Part shown: piece by piece, positions 40,708 through 52,509 of the stretch
Layout of the letters: each line of letters begins with the position of its first letter
How positions within the stretch are numbered: position 1 is the stretch's first letter
Assembly: GCA_025786725.1 (NCBI GenBank)
Contig: JAHLTZ010000026.1
Span: forward strand, 331,129 to 395,128
Origin: Syncephalis fuscata S228
Taxonomy: Eukaryota > Fungi > Zoopagomycota
Length of the DNA: 64,000 bases
Direction: 5' to 3'
Made by a program: the position numbers and the translations under genes
Notes under the pieces: generated by a model
Database searches by the model: none
Told to the model about the DNA's origin: nothing
The model's input: the letters and a program-made list of their open reading frames with translations, nothing else

Positions 40708-42333
40708 ATGCACGCTTATTATAGACCAATTCTACCGGTGTTAACACGACGATTCTACACGTCTGGCCAGCCTCTAATGTCTGGCGTGTCTACAATACGC
40801 CAAATATTAATAAAGCAACATGCAGGCCAGCCTACTTGTATACACGGCTGGATTCGCTCAGTGCGAAAGCAAAAGAATATGGCGTTTGTCGATGTCAATG
40901 ACGGCAGTTGCATGCGTGGTATTCAAGTCATCGTCGATCAGCCTATTGACGGGTAAGTTATTCGGATATCTGCTATTGACGTCCAGCTCTGACATATTCA
41001 GTAAAGACTGGCAGCTGGTTGCGCGGTGCAGATCGACGGACATTTAGTTGATAGTCCAGGTCATGAACAGTCGCTTGAACTGCATGCTCGAAATATTAAA
41101 GTAGTTGGAGAATGTGATGCAGAGGTATGTAAACACATAGGTATTCAGTTGGTTTACTGATTTGTAGAATAGAAATATCCATTACAAAAGAAAAGACATA
41201 CATTAGAGTTTTTACGAGAATGGCCTCATTTAAGATCACGTACACATACAATGGGAGCAGTATTACGTATAAGAAACCAGGCAATTCATAGATTGCATCA
41301 ATTCTTTCAGGTCATTAAATTAATGTTATATAGTGTTTAAACTAATAGATGGTTTAGAATAATGATTTCTTACAAATCAATACACCAATCTTGACAGCAC
41401 ATGACTGTGAAGGTGGTGGCGAAGTATTTCGTGTAAGCACAAATACACCAGCTGTCCATGGTAGCAATAAGGTAGAGGATGGCTTAGATAGTAGTAATAA
41501 CGAGTTTTTGGTCGACCGGTCTATCTTACGGTATCGGGCCAGCTTCATTTGGAGGCTATAGCTATGGCTGCATCTCGAGTATACACACTGAGTCCTACAT
41601 TTCGTGCGGAGCCTTCACAAACATCCCGACATTTGGCGGAATTCTGGATGTTAGAGGCCGAAATGTCATTTATTACTGAGCTTGATCAATTAATGGATCT
41701 GTGTGAATCATGTATTGTCAATACAACACGACAGCTACGCACTACACTACCAGATGAGATAAATCTATTTAAGCGATGGGTTGATCCAGAGCTAGAAAAG
41801 CGGCTTGCTTTGCTGGCTGCAGATCAGCAACAGTCCTATGCTCGTATGACATATACCGAGGCTATTGAGGTGTTGCAGAAAGCGCCAGTCAGTTTTAAAT
41901 TTGCGCCTACATGGGGTGCGCCACTTCAAAGTGAACATGAGCAATATTTAGCTGATCGTCACTGTCAGCGTCCGGTATTTGTCACACACTATCCTGCTTC
42001 GATAAAACCATTCTACATGTTGGTTGATCCTGCATCGGCCTCTGAATCAGATAAATCAACAGTGGCATGTATGGATTTATTAGTGCCAGGTGTAGGCGAG
42101 TTGGTGGGAGGAAGTCTTCGAGAGAGCAATGAAGCGACATTGAGAACACGTATGGAAAAGGCGGGCGTGGATCCACAAGCTCATGCTTGGTATCTTGATC
42201 TTCGAAGATTTGGTGGTGTACCTCATGGTGGCTTTGGTCTTGGACTAGAACGTTATTTGCGGGCCGTGACGGGTATAGCAAGTATCAAGGATCTAATACC
42301 ATGCCACGATCCATTGGCCAATGTCCCTGCTAG
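40708..42333 (+). CDS. SLM5: Mitochondrial asparaginyl-tRNA synthetase; apparent 1-bp indels near 41508 and 42302
   Basis: [62 protein letters not shown] and [11 protein letters not shown]. Confidence 0.92.
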
Positions 42334-42337
42334 CTGT

Positions 42338-43574
42338 CTAATAGCTATCATTAAGCAAGTGTTTTATGATTCCGAGTGCGCTGTAGCGATATGTATCACT
42401 GCCTAATAAAATATAATGATTAAGATGATGATAGAGTTCATATAGCTTTACTCGGCGATCTCGCTGTTTAGTAGGTGGAAATGAGCGGTTGTATTCTTCA
42501 TAAAAATCTAATAATAATAATGTATATATATAAATATAAATAGTACTATACAATTATGTGCAATATTAATACCATGCGATAACCCGCCAACATTCTATTA
42601 TGCCAAACTCGGCCTCATAGTGTCCCTGATTATTTGATTAATAGTTTAATTATTAAAGTTTGTAATTTGCTTAAAAATAAAGAGCAGGATCATAAATACT
42701 GCTTGACCTGTATCGGCTCGTATACCCCAATTACCGGCCCCTAATGAATATTTAGTAATAATAAATATCATGTTGAAATACTTGCATAAATTCCATGAAT
42801 TAGACTTGGCTTAATCAATGTATTGTCCCCAATAATCTGCGGTACTATTTCTAATAATTCTTCACCTAATTGAAACAGCTCTTGATCATGAGAAAGAGTC
42901 TTAAACAACGGCAATAACCGCTGATTTTGCCAAAAGCTAGTCCAATTGTCGATACATGGATCGTTTGATTGTGGTGTTGCTCCACAATAAGTAGTGCATA
43001 GAAATCCGTAATAACACGGTTTATCATTACTTTGACAGTCATCATTCCAAGAAGATCCAATAGCTTTGGCAATTAGTGGATCGTCTCTATTCACTGAACT
43101 TATTTTATCGCATTTATGCAATTGAGCCAAATGTTGGGCTAAATTACGCTGATGGCTTTATTACAGTAATGATGATTTGTCAATTTATTTACTAGTTACC
43201 TGTGCTGCAGCATCCTTTTTGCCAGACATTTGAACATATTCAGTGACAAGAAAGGCACCTTTATCACTACTATCTAACTCTCCATATAGTATTGGCTGCG
43301 GTGCAAATCCTTCGACGACCTTATTGATCAAGCTTAAAGATAAATACTCGGCTTGAAACATCTGCAAGGCTTTATCTCCATAATGAACCTAATATATTGT
43401 TAATAAATATTGTTAATAAACATGGCTACCTACTTTGACAAAAAAAGGTCCCTGATCTGTTTGATAGCAACTAGTAGCGCTGGTATCGCCACCGCTTACT
43501 ACGCTTGCCTTATATACAGTTGCGCAGTGTTTGTTTTGTAATAACGCTTTTACAATACACGATATTGGTTTCAT
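42338..43574 (-). CDS. Fructosamine/ketosamine-3-kinase family protein; multi-exon
   Basis: VSGGD...PFFVK, MFQAEYLSL, LAQLH, YGF, PSLIHG, GNWG, DPA, GHYEAEFG and LYELYHHLNH. Confidence 0.88.
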
Positions 43575-43681
43575 GGCTATTAAAAGAAAAAGTGATTAAT
43601 AAATGATGACGTGGACACTGAGGTGTGACAATATTTATTGATATAGCCTGCTAATCTATCGCTTTATTTATTTTAAAGTGT

Positions 43682-43797
43682 ATAGTGTTGCTTAATTATT
43701 TAATGATAATCTGCTGCATGATAATGAATATATATATAGCCATTATAAATATAATCATTATCATGAAGCAGATTATCATTAAACAATTGCACACTAT
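43682..43797. repeat. Long inverted repeat (foldback/MITE-like hairpin)
   Basis: TTTAATGATAATCTGCTGCATGATAATGA pairs with TCATTATCATGAAGCAGATTATCATTAAA (1 mismatch); outer arms ATAGTGT/ACACTAT. Confidence 0.8.
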
Positions 43798-44060
43798 CAA
43801 TAACGGTAATTTTCATTGCCATCTATATTCACTATAAATATTGATTTGATTGCTGATATTATACATTTTTTGGTTATCTATTTAAGTTCATATTATTTTA
43901 TTTTTTGGCCAATTAAGAAATAAAGCTTTTAAAATACAACCTTACTATGCATGAAATTAACTTCATGACTACTAGAGATAAGGCAATTATGTATGATGAC
44001 ATGGACATTACCTAGGACTGATATTGCTTTATTTATTAGTATATTTTACAAGTTATTAAT

Positions 44061-44441
44061 CTAACAAGGCTGCGTCGTTCTACCACATTTGCGGCATTCT
44101 CGATGACGCAGTAAAACCATACTGAGTAGACCGAACGGAAACATAAAAATAGTAAGTAAAAGACATGGAAATAGGTATGTTCTGACCCAGTAGTGAGGCC
44201 GACCGTCAACACACAATAGCTCATTGGGTCGTGAATAATCCACGGGCCCATAAGTCATTGGTTCTGATGTACTGCGAGCCATTATAGAATTAGATTTGGG
44301 TTGATAGATTGACATCGCTGATATGGGCGATGTCATATAAGAAGATGATCTTGGTGGCAGTGTTGGCGAATACTGTAATGTAGCCGATTTATATCGGTAG
44401 ACTGTCTTGTCTGATTGAGAATACAGCTGAGGATATTCCAT
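44061..44441 (-). CDS. BRI3-like Cys-rich small membrane protein
   Basis: Pro/Ser/Tyr-rich N-terminus, then C..G..H, a hydrophobic LLTIFMFPFGLL segment and RECRKCG. Confidence 0.7.
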   Translation of the reverse strand: MEYPQLYSQSDKTVYRYKSATLQYSPTLPPRSSSYMTSPISAMSIYQPKSNSIMARSTSEPMTYGPVDYSRPNELLCVDGRPHYWVRTYLFPCLLLTIFMFPFGLLSMVLLRHRECRKCGRTTQPC

Positions 44442-45508
44442 GATAATGATAAAATAGTAAACGGAAAAAGAAGGGGTATTATGCAAGTCAATACCCAAAA
44501 AACAGTTAGCGTATATATTTATACAATTGGTAAGAGCGGTTCAAACAAAATAATAAACGCATGCGGTGGCGCTACATGTTTGAAAAATTCGATTAAAACG
44601 GCAATGCCAAGAATTGCCAAGATATGGTATGAATCATCAAATGTTCAGTATTGGTGATCACACATTTGCCCAATTATTGATATCTTTGCAACAGCTGTGC
44701 TTCAGATTACATATTTACACACGGTTAGCAATGTATATAGCATTAAACAATGTATTCAAGTGATAAAGCATAAATAATAAACCTTGGGCAATCGATAAAT
44801 ACTGATCACATATATTTTGATTAATTAGTATAATACACTGCTTTCTATACAGCATCTGATGGTTACTACTATCTACCACAAAACACAGTAATACAATACA
44901 AACAATAACTTATTAAAAGACAGCGTATATATAATAGTATATTAATAGACTACTCTTATATTTAGATTTTAATGATTTATTTTTTAAAACAACATTACAA
45001 AAATACAATTATGTGCTATGTACTTGTTCGCCTGTTGAACCGGTATTGCCAAGAACATGCATAACAAATAGTTAAAATACCTGTAAGTAAATAACAACTA
45101 TAGTTGCATCATTAATCATCGGCAGTAAGTTCCGTCTATTTAGTCGTTCATTTCATTTAACGATCAAGTAATCAGCATTATAGTTCGTGTAACGTTCTAT
45201 GAAACAATCGTAATCCAGCTTGATACTCATTAACTAGCACGTTGGAATTAATATTAAATAACCCATCATTGACAAACCATGCTCCAATATCAAATATGAT
45301 AATTATAACAATATTTTAATTTACTTCTGTCATCAGTAGTATATATCTTGTATACACGCATACACAGTTTTTTGTTTATTATGTCATTGTGGTTTACACA
45401 CCCGAAGATGATCGCAAATAAATCATAATGGCCAGAAAACGAAGTAAGTTTTATAGGTGCATCGTATAATTGTATATATATACACATACACACGTAAACA
45501 ATCCTTCT

Positions 45509-46130
45509 TTAACCACGGCCGCGTCCTCGTCCACGGCTTCGACCGCCGCGGGGTCCGCCGCGACCACGTCCACGTCCGCGTCCACCGCTTCTATAGCAAT
45601 ATATTAGCCAGTGTTTATTCACTAGCCATTCGACTTACCCTCTTTCTTCTTCTTTGATTTTGCCTTGGGCGAATCGTCAACCAGTAGCGTATCTAGCGGC
45701 AAACTATCCGGCAGAATAAAGTACCGAATATTATTACCGCGAATACTTAGTGAGTCGAGATTGGCCGGGTCGCGATTCTTCATCGTCATCTTGACCATCT
45801 TTAAATGTGTATTCATACTCATATCCACACCTATCAATTATTACATATATCAATATGTCAATATATGCCTATTGTGTATCATCCAACTTAAACATACCAG
45901 TGATAGTACCGTGAACAACCGTGCCATTCTTAAGCTCAATGGTCACGACTTCGTTGCTCAGCTTCATCAAAAATCTACATAGAACATCTATTATTATTTG
46001 ATAGGAATTCATATAGATCGTCGCTTCTAGTAGCTTTCTAACTTGTTCAAACGCGTCGCAACACGTTCTACAGGCTAATTTCTCGCTGATGATGAGGCGA
46101 TGACGCGTCTACTTACCTGACTAGCTTCAT
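45509..46130 (-). CDS. SMD1: Small nuclear ribonucleoprotein Sm D1; 4 exons
   Basis: [54 protein letters not shown] and a GR-repeat tail. Confidence 0.97.
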
Positions 46131-46496
46131 GATGCCTCAAATCACGAGTAATCAGTGGAATTTAATGGGAAAAGTGCCTATCGTGTAATACAGGATGGCT
46201 GTACGGATACAAGATGGATAGATATTGCTTTCTACAGCAGTATCCGTTGTGAGCCTGAATAGATGGATGGATGGATGGATGGATGATGGTGGTGATGATG
46301 ATAGTGGCGGCGACGATCTTAGTGATGACGATAATAATAATAATGTTAATAATGTTAATAATAATGTTAATGATATGTGACGTTTGTTTACATTGTTAAT
46401 AGTAATAAAATGGTGTAATAATCATCGACGACGCGTTAATATTAAATACTACTCTTGTTGTTATTACTGAATCTATCACATTTAACATTGAACAAG

Positions 46497-47068
46497 ATGA
46501 ATGCACAGCTGGAAGGATGTATTTCACGTCTACAAGAAATGAATGACGCGGTAATCTACAGTCAAGTTAAATAGTATACAGTATAATAACAATCTATTAG
46601 TTGCAAATCTGTACGCAAAGTCTTCAACAGGCTACATCGGATTTTCCTCGTTTACAGTCTGTATCTGTACTTAAAAGAGTAAGTAGTCCATTGCATTAAT
46701 GAACTAGTCAACTAACATTATTATCGTATAGGACTATGAACTTGTAACTGAGGCAGAGATGCGAGCAGCCAAGGATCAAGTGGCCGATCAAGTGGACCAC
46801 AAATGATCAATCTTTTGAGTCAAGTAGAGGATATTTTGTGTGCACTGGAAGTGGAACGAGATCATATTGCTACCAAGGTAACAAATAGTCTATCTATTGA
46901 TTCAATTATATAAACAATTATGTCTATTTAGTTAGATGAACCAATGCCTGTTCAAACTACACCGGTTAAACGGACACCAATTGCGAAACCAGGTGTACAG
47001 CGACTTAAAGCATAAAACGGAAGAAGGAGATGTTAGCTCGAGATCTTAGGAAGTTCCGTATGCAATAG
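46497..47068 (+). CDS. SPC19: DASH/Dam1 complex subunit Spc19-like; indels present; may extend to 48110
   Basis: LEGCISRL, SDFPRLQSV...R.YELVTE, PQM..LL and QRLK...RKKEML. Confidence 0.7.
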
Positions 47069-47121
47069 TGACAAAGTAAGTGCTATTTATAAATTGAGTG
47101 TATGTATTGACGAGTCAATAG

Positions 47122-48110
47122 GAACAAGAGATGTCTATTGCATTTGAACCAAAAGAACATGTAAGTCATATTATATTAGTAGGCTATATTTTTAATCAGT
47201 TACCATTAGAACGAAAGCAGTTCGCCAACAAATAGCGTTCATCAGAAGATATACAAAAGGATCAAGATCATTACCAGCAACTAAAGGAGGAATACGAGCT
47301 ACTTTCTCGTAATTTAACCAATCGACAAACTGAATTAGAGGCCATGCGAGCAGAAAAAGCTTCTCAAAAGAAAATACAGCACAACCAACAACATCTGTTA
47401 ATAGGCCATCTTTAGGTAAGATGTTAGAATAATGGCTCTTTAATCTAAATAAAACATACTAGACCGGGCTCGTAAATTAAAAGTATATCAGCAACAATCA
47501 GCATGGCTTAAGCAACAACATGAACACAATAATGGTAAGTAATATAAACAATTATATTTATATAATATTAATGATTGATAGTTAAATTGCCTATTAACGA
47601 GTTTATGGAATGGCACAAGACACTTGACAGCGAATATAATGACGTAAGTGGTGCTATGTGACAATATATTTAATTTACATAAAACATAAACACAGCTGAA
47701 AGCAGATGAGATCAACACAGCGACTGAACAGCGTGTACTAGCCATTAAACAGTGCAAGGCTCGATTAAAACTATTCTTCCCTCAGCGATCTATGGGCAAT
47801 ACTATGGGCCGTCTTCTTGAATTGCTTATAGATACGAATGATAAACAGATTATTCTACGTACACTTGAAGAGGTAAGTGTTACGGTTTGCATTGAATCTA
47901 GCCTTCTATCCATCTATTAACTCTTCATTACTAGGAATTTCCACCGGCCAAAGAGGCTCGTCACGGTCTAACCCAAGCAATCGATCGATTAAAAGCGCTA
48001 GGATTAATAGAACCATAGTGGTAACCGAAACCACAGAACCATATGACGGTGCAGTCATCGGCGATGTGTTATTGCGTATTGAATTTAATAATATGGATAA
48101 AGTGCTTTAA
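47122..48110 (+). CDS. Spliced coiled-coil and small alpha/beta region of unknown function; extension of SPC19 or a separate gene; frameshifted
   Basis: Canonical splice sites link coding-like segments YQQLKEEYELLSRNLTNRQTELEAM, GRLLELLID and LTQAIDRLKALGLIE. Confidence 0.4.
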
Positions 48111-48198
48111 GCCGTAAATCGTAAACCATAATAAAATGAGTATAATAACCTTTAAAATACACCTTATAATAGCAGTATTGATAATAAATTGTATCGTA

Positions 48199-48925
48199 TT
48201 AACTATAATCATCATCGTCATCTACTAATGGTGTGGAGGCAATAGGCACACCGTGTATATAAAGTGTTACTGCTGTTGATCCCATAGATTTTACAGCCGG
48301 TCGCCTACAACTAAGCCTTTAAGTTGTCGGGCAGCCATATCGTTCCATCGAATAGCCGTGCAAATACCGTGGTGCTCGGTTACTAAATCGACTAATACTA
48401 ACGGTGCAATGGAACTGCGCCATTCTCTTATGGCCTGTTGACCAAAACCTTTAGCCGCAACCAATATACCAATAGATTGTTCACGTAATGCTACACCTGC
48501 CAATTCACGTATCGGTCCCGGACTAAGTTTTTGACGCAAGTGTTTACACTGACAAACAATACGTACACGCGCTACACTATCCACATTGTTCGCACTATTA
48601 CCGTAGTGAGTTATTGGTTGTTCGCTGCTTGATGGTTCAAGTGTCCACCAACCGCGTAGGTCGATACCTCGATCACCTGCACCACCACAACGCTCATACT
48701 CATACCAAGCTGTGTTAATACGCGCTTTGCCGTTTGTTCATACGCCGTGCCTATATGAACATGTGCTTGTTTGGGCGCCTCACTTAATGATGCAGTTGTT
48801 TCAGCATCATCGGTTAAATTACTTAAAGTTGATAGACTTTTTTGTAGTAATAGTGGTCGTTGTAGTGATCGATACTGTGTTTTAATAATAGTTTGTAAGT
48901 AAATAGAGGCTAAAAGTCGTGTCAT
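48199..48925 (-). CDS. RRG7: Rrg7/DUF2034 restriction-endonuclease-like mitochondrial protein; indels
   Basis: GTAYE, AGDRGIDLRGWW, VCQCK and GPIRELAG...GILVA..GF. Confidence 0.8.
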
Positions 48926-49039
48926 AGTGAGACAAGTTGCTAAACTCCAAACCAAATACTTGTCTTTTATTTTTTATTGTTTTAAGCAACTTGAATAAAT
49001 CTATTTCTCTTTACAACCATTGCCTTTAACACTAACACT

Positions 49040-49693
49040 ATGGCTACGTTTGCATTTGGACCTATTCGCATTAGTACGAACCAGATATTTTTTGCCTCTC
49101 GGCTCAGCTATGGTATGGTCAATTTGAAGCCACTTGTTCCGTAAGTAGCATATGCAATAAACTATGAACGCTACTGATAGGACTATAGTGGTCGTATCCT
49201 TTTTATACAGGCTAGATACATTAATATTACTTAACTCAAGCACTATCTACACTATTGTAGATGTTCTTGTGGTCAGTAAGCGTAGTGTGTCACGTTTCAA
49301 CGACTTGTCCTCGGAAGAAGTGGCCGACCTGTTCCAAAGTGCCCAAACTATTGCTCATACCATTGAGCAAGTCTATCAAGGACATGCAATGACGATAGCA
49401 ATGCAGGATGGACCAGTGGCGGGACAAACCGTACCACACTGTCACGTCCATCTTATACCGCGAAGCAAAGGTGACTGGCCAAATAACGATGATATTTATC
49501 GTGATTTAGACAAAGAAAAGACCGAACATATCATTGAAGATTTAAGTAGGCCACCACGCAGCATAGAAGATATGGTAATATAGATGGGTTTATTTAACTA
49601 TCAGAGGCACCACTGACAATGAACACTGCTTTCTAGGCGGCCGAGGCGGCCAAGCTGCGTACTATGTTTCCCGAAAATAATAAAATTGAATAA
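49040..49693 (+). CDS. HNT2: Dinucleoside triphosphate hydrolase (Fhit/Hnt2, HIT family); 3 exons
   Basis: FAFGP, VNLKPLVP.HVLV and QDGPVAGQTVPHCHVHLIPR. Confidence 0.93.
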
Positions 49694-49712
49694 AGCTATT
49701 CTCTAACGCATA

Positions 49713-50652
49713 CTAATCTGCTTTGACCTTCAATGGATGCGAGTGTAGCTTTTGATGAGCATAAACGGCTAATAGGTATTAGTATTAGTATTGGCAAGTT
49801 AGCGTAAGCAACTACTTACTTAATAGATAGAATCCACTAGCAATAATGGCGCTTATAAAATAAAAGGCTAAGCGTTGCAAATGACCAAGTTGTCCAAGGA
49901 ATGGATAGACCCAGAATCCGTTCATGTAAAAGCACAGCTGCAGCCAAGTGCCATAAGCAGGCACAAATAATAATAAACTTAATAAATGGCGATAATTGTA
50001 TTTAAAAGACGGATTGTAAACATATAATTCGGTATAAACTAGTAGACAAGGGAAAAGATGAACTGAGCAGTCAAAGAAGATACCTAGACTATATAATAGA
50101 TAGTAAATAATAATTAGTATACTATCTATGTATCATATCATAGTATCTTACACGGGATCTCCGGGATGTTTAAGTAAATTTGGATCAGCCAAACAAAGTC
50201 CCCAATAAAATGTAGTAATTACGGCTTGTAACTAATCGATAAACAATTAGATCATATTATACATATACATACTGCTTACAGGAAAGCCGATGATCATTAA
50301 AGCTCGTTTAATAAAGGTTAATACTTTAAATAGTCTAGTTAATTATATCATCTAATTAATGGCTACTGTTTCTCTTTACCTTTATTGTTGAGTATATCGT
50401 TTAGTAGAGACAAAGCAAATGTAAGCCATACCACGGTTAGGCCCACTATAGTCAAATACTGTAGTCATATAAATGGTTTGTTATTCACATGAGTAACAGA
50501 TGCCAACAAGCTAATATTTAAACACTTACGGTAAGACGACCACCAAATCCCATACTGACTTGCGTGTCTATTTTACGCATTTCATTGTAGGGAAAGGTTA
50601 AAAGCGCCAATCCCAAACCATGGAAAGCTATTTGGCGTAATTGTGCAGTCAT
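49713..50652 (-). CDS. FAR-17a/AIG1 (ADTRP-like) membrane hydrolase; multi-exon, some indels
   Basis: GFGG, QYLTIVGL, VITTFYWGL..DP.L, WLQLCF..NGFWVYPFL; multiple transmembrane segments. Confidence 0.75.
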
Positions 50653-50824
50653 GACGTAAAATGGTCTACGTGGCTGTATATAGACTAATAAAGGTGATGG
50701 AATTAATGAAGTAGTAAGTGGTAGATTGATTTATTGTGTAACTGTAAGTGAAGGACAAATCAACGGCAATAAGTAGAAGTAAGTAATAGTGTAGAAGTAG
50801 TAAAGAAAAGAGACAAGTTGAATA

Positions 50825-51917
50825 TTAATTATCGTCGAATTTAATAGAACGTGATTGGAAGTCAATCTGGCCACCACGATAACTACCACGCTTCTTTTTG
50901 TTCTTCTCTTTAGTGAACCCTTTACCACGTGTTACAATCAAATCTTGGTGTGCCTTGAATCCATATGAGTTCTCGGTAAATCCCTATTAATAATGGATAA
51001 GTACGATATCGCTATATTAATATAGAGTATCAATAGACTTACACCACCAATAAATGTATTATCAGCTAGACGATCATCTTGATATATGACATCTTCTTCT
51101 TTAATACGACAGAATGGTGTATTTTGTGTTTTCTCCTATTTAATTTAAATTAATTAATGTTAATTTAATTAGATTAATATTTTTTAATTTACCTTTTTAC
51201 CCGCTGATGTTTGGGCTTTTACTTTTTTGTTATCCGATGGTCTAGTAATTAATAATAGATTAGATACTATTGATTAAATAAATAGTGTTACTTACGTTGT
51301 GGGTGTTGAAGCAACTTGCTTTCGTTTCTTGTCATTCTTTGGTGTATTGGCTGTATTATCTTTCATTTTAACATCTTCATTATCTGAATCTGAGGAGGAT
51401 GAAGAAGATGAGGATGAAGAAGAGGAAGAGGAAGTGGTATTTTTAGTTGACGATTCTTCTTCTGAATCACTAGAATCTGATTCTGATTCTGATGATGAAG
51501 ATTTGTTGGTAGATTTCTTATTACTATCACTATCACTGCTGCTACTGCTTGAATCATCGCTGTCGCTGCTACTGCTACTGTTAGAGTCTTTGCTCTTTTC
51601 TTCGCTTTCATCTTCATCTTCATTATCGCTACTATCATCACTATCACTGCTGCTATCTTCAGTATCTGAAGAGTTGCCATCATCATCACTCTAAAGTTGA
51701 ATATAGATTAGTATATATTAATAAATATATAAACATTAGTATTAAATACTTACCTCGGATGAAGAACTTTCTTCTGATTTACTATTGATAAGTATTAGAT
51801 TAGTATATATTATAAATAGAGCTTTAATTTACTTACTCATTAGTCAATTTGTTGGCTAGTTTTAAAAAAGCATCAATATCTTCAGCTTTAATTTTGATAT
51901 CAGTTGTTGCAACCTAT

Positions 51918-51951
<34 letters not shown>

Positions 51952-52112
51952 TTAATTAGCTATCAAAACGTTTATATATACACACTATGCTCTACCTTTT
52001 TAGTTTCTTTATTAAAGACTTCGACGGTACGGGTCAGTCCAAACACTTCAAGAAAAGTGCGCACTAATTGGACTGCCGCACGTTCCTTTGCAAGTACATA
52101 TTTTGGTGTCAT
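50825..52112 (-). CDS. SRP40: Srp40/Nopp140-like nucleolar protein; multi-exon
   Basis: LisH-like N-terminus, S/D/E-rich repeats, and C-terminal PFCRI, YGFKAHQDLIVTRGKGFTKEKNKKKRGSYRGGQID..SIKF. Confidence 0.92.
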
Positions 52113-52509
52113 GGCCTAATATCTTAATAGTATACTCGAAATTCAGCAATAAGTAACGAAAAATAGCAATAACAACAACAGCGACAACAGTAACAGCAAC
52201 AGTAATAAGCAGCACAGAATACTGAAAATACAAAGTTCTATTTCTTTTTTTCTAATCTCATCTATAATAAACTGTACAGTTTATAATCGCCTATTGAATG
52301 GCACAGACAATGACACTAATTTACTCTCCTATTCATGTATGTGTGCGCAGCGATCATAGCTCAGCATATCCCACGTCTCGTTTCTCATCTCAAACAACAC
52401 CTATATATGCATATATTGTATCTGTTACACGCTCTAGCCTGATATTATCGGTCAACAACAACAACAACAACAATTTTGCACTCTAGTATATTTTATTAGT
52501 CTAAAACCA

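Noticed and set aside
45100-45300. C/D-box-like words and a short coding-like stretch on the minus strand
   Set aside because: No terminal stem or rRNA guide could be identified, and the reading frame is broken.
46190-46260. Hairpin ACGGATAC/GTATCCGT upstream of SmD1
   Set aside because: Only 8 bp, with no recognisable ncRNA boxes; insufficient support.
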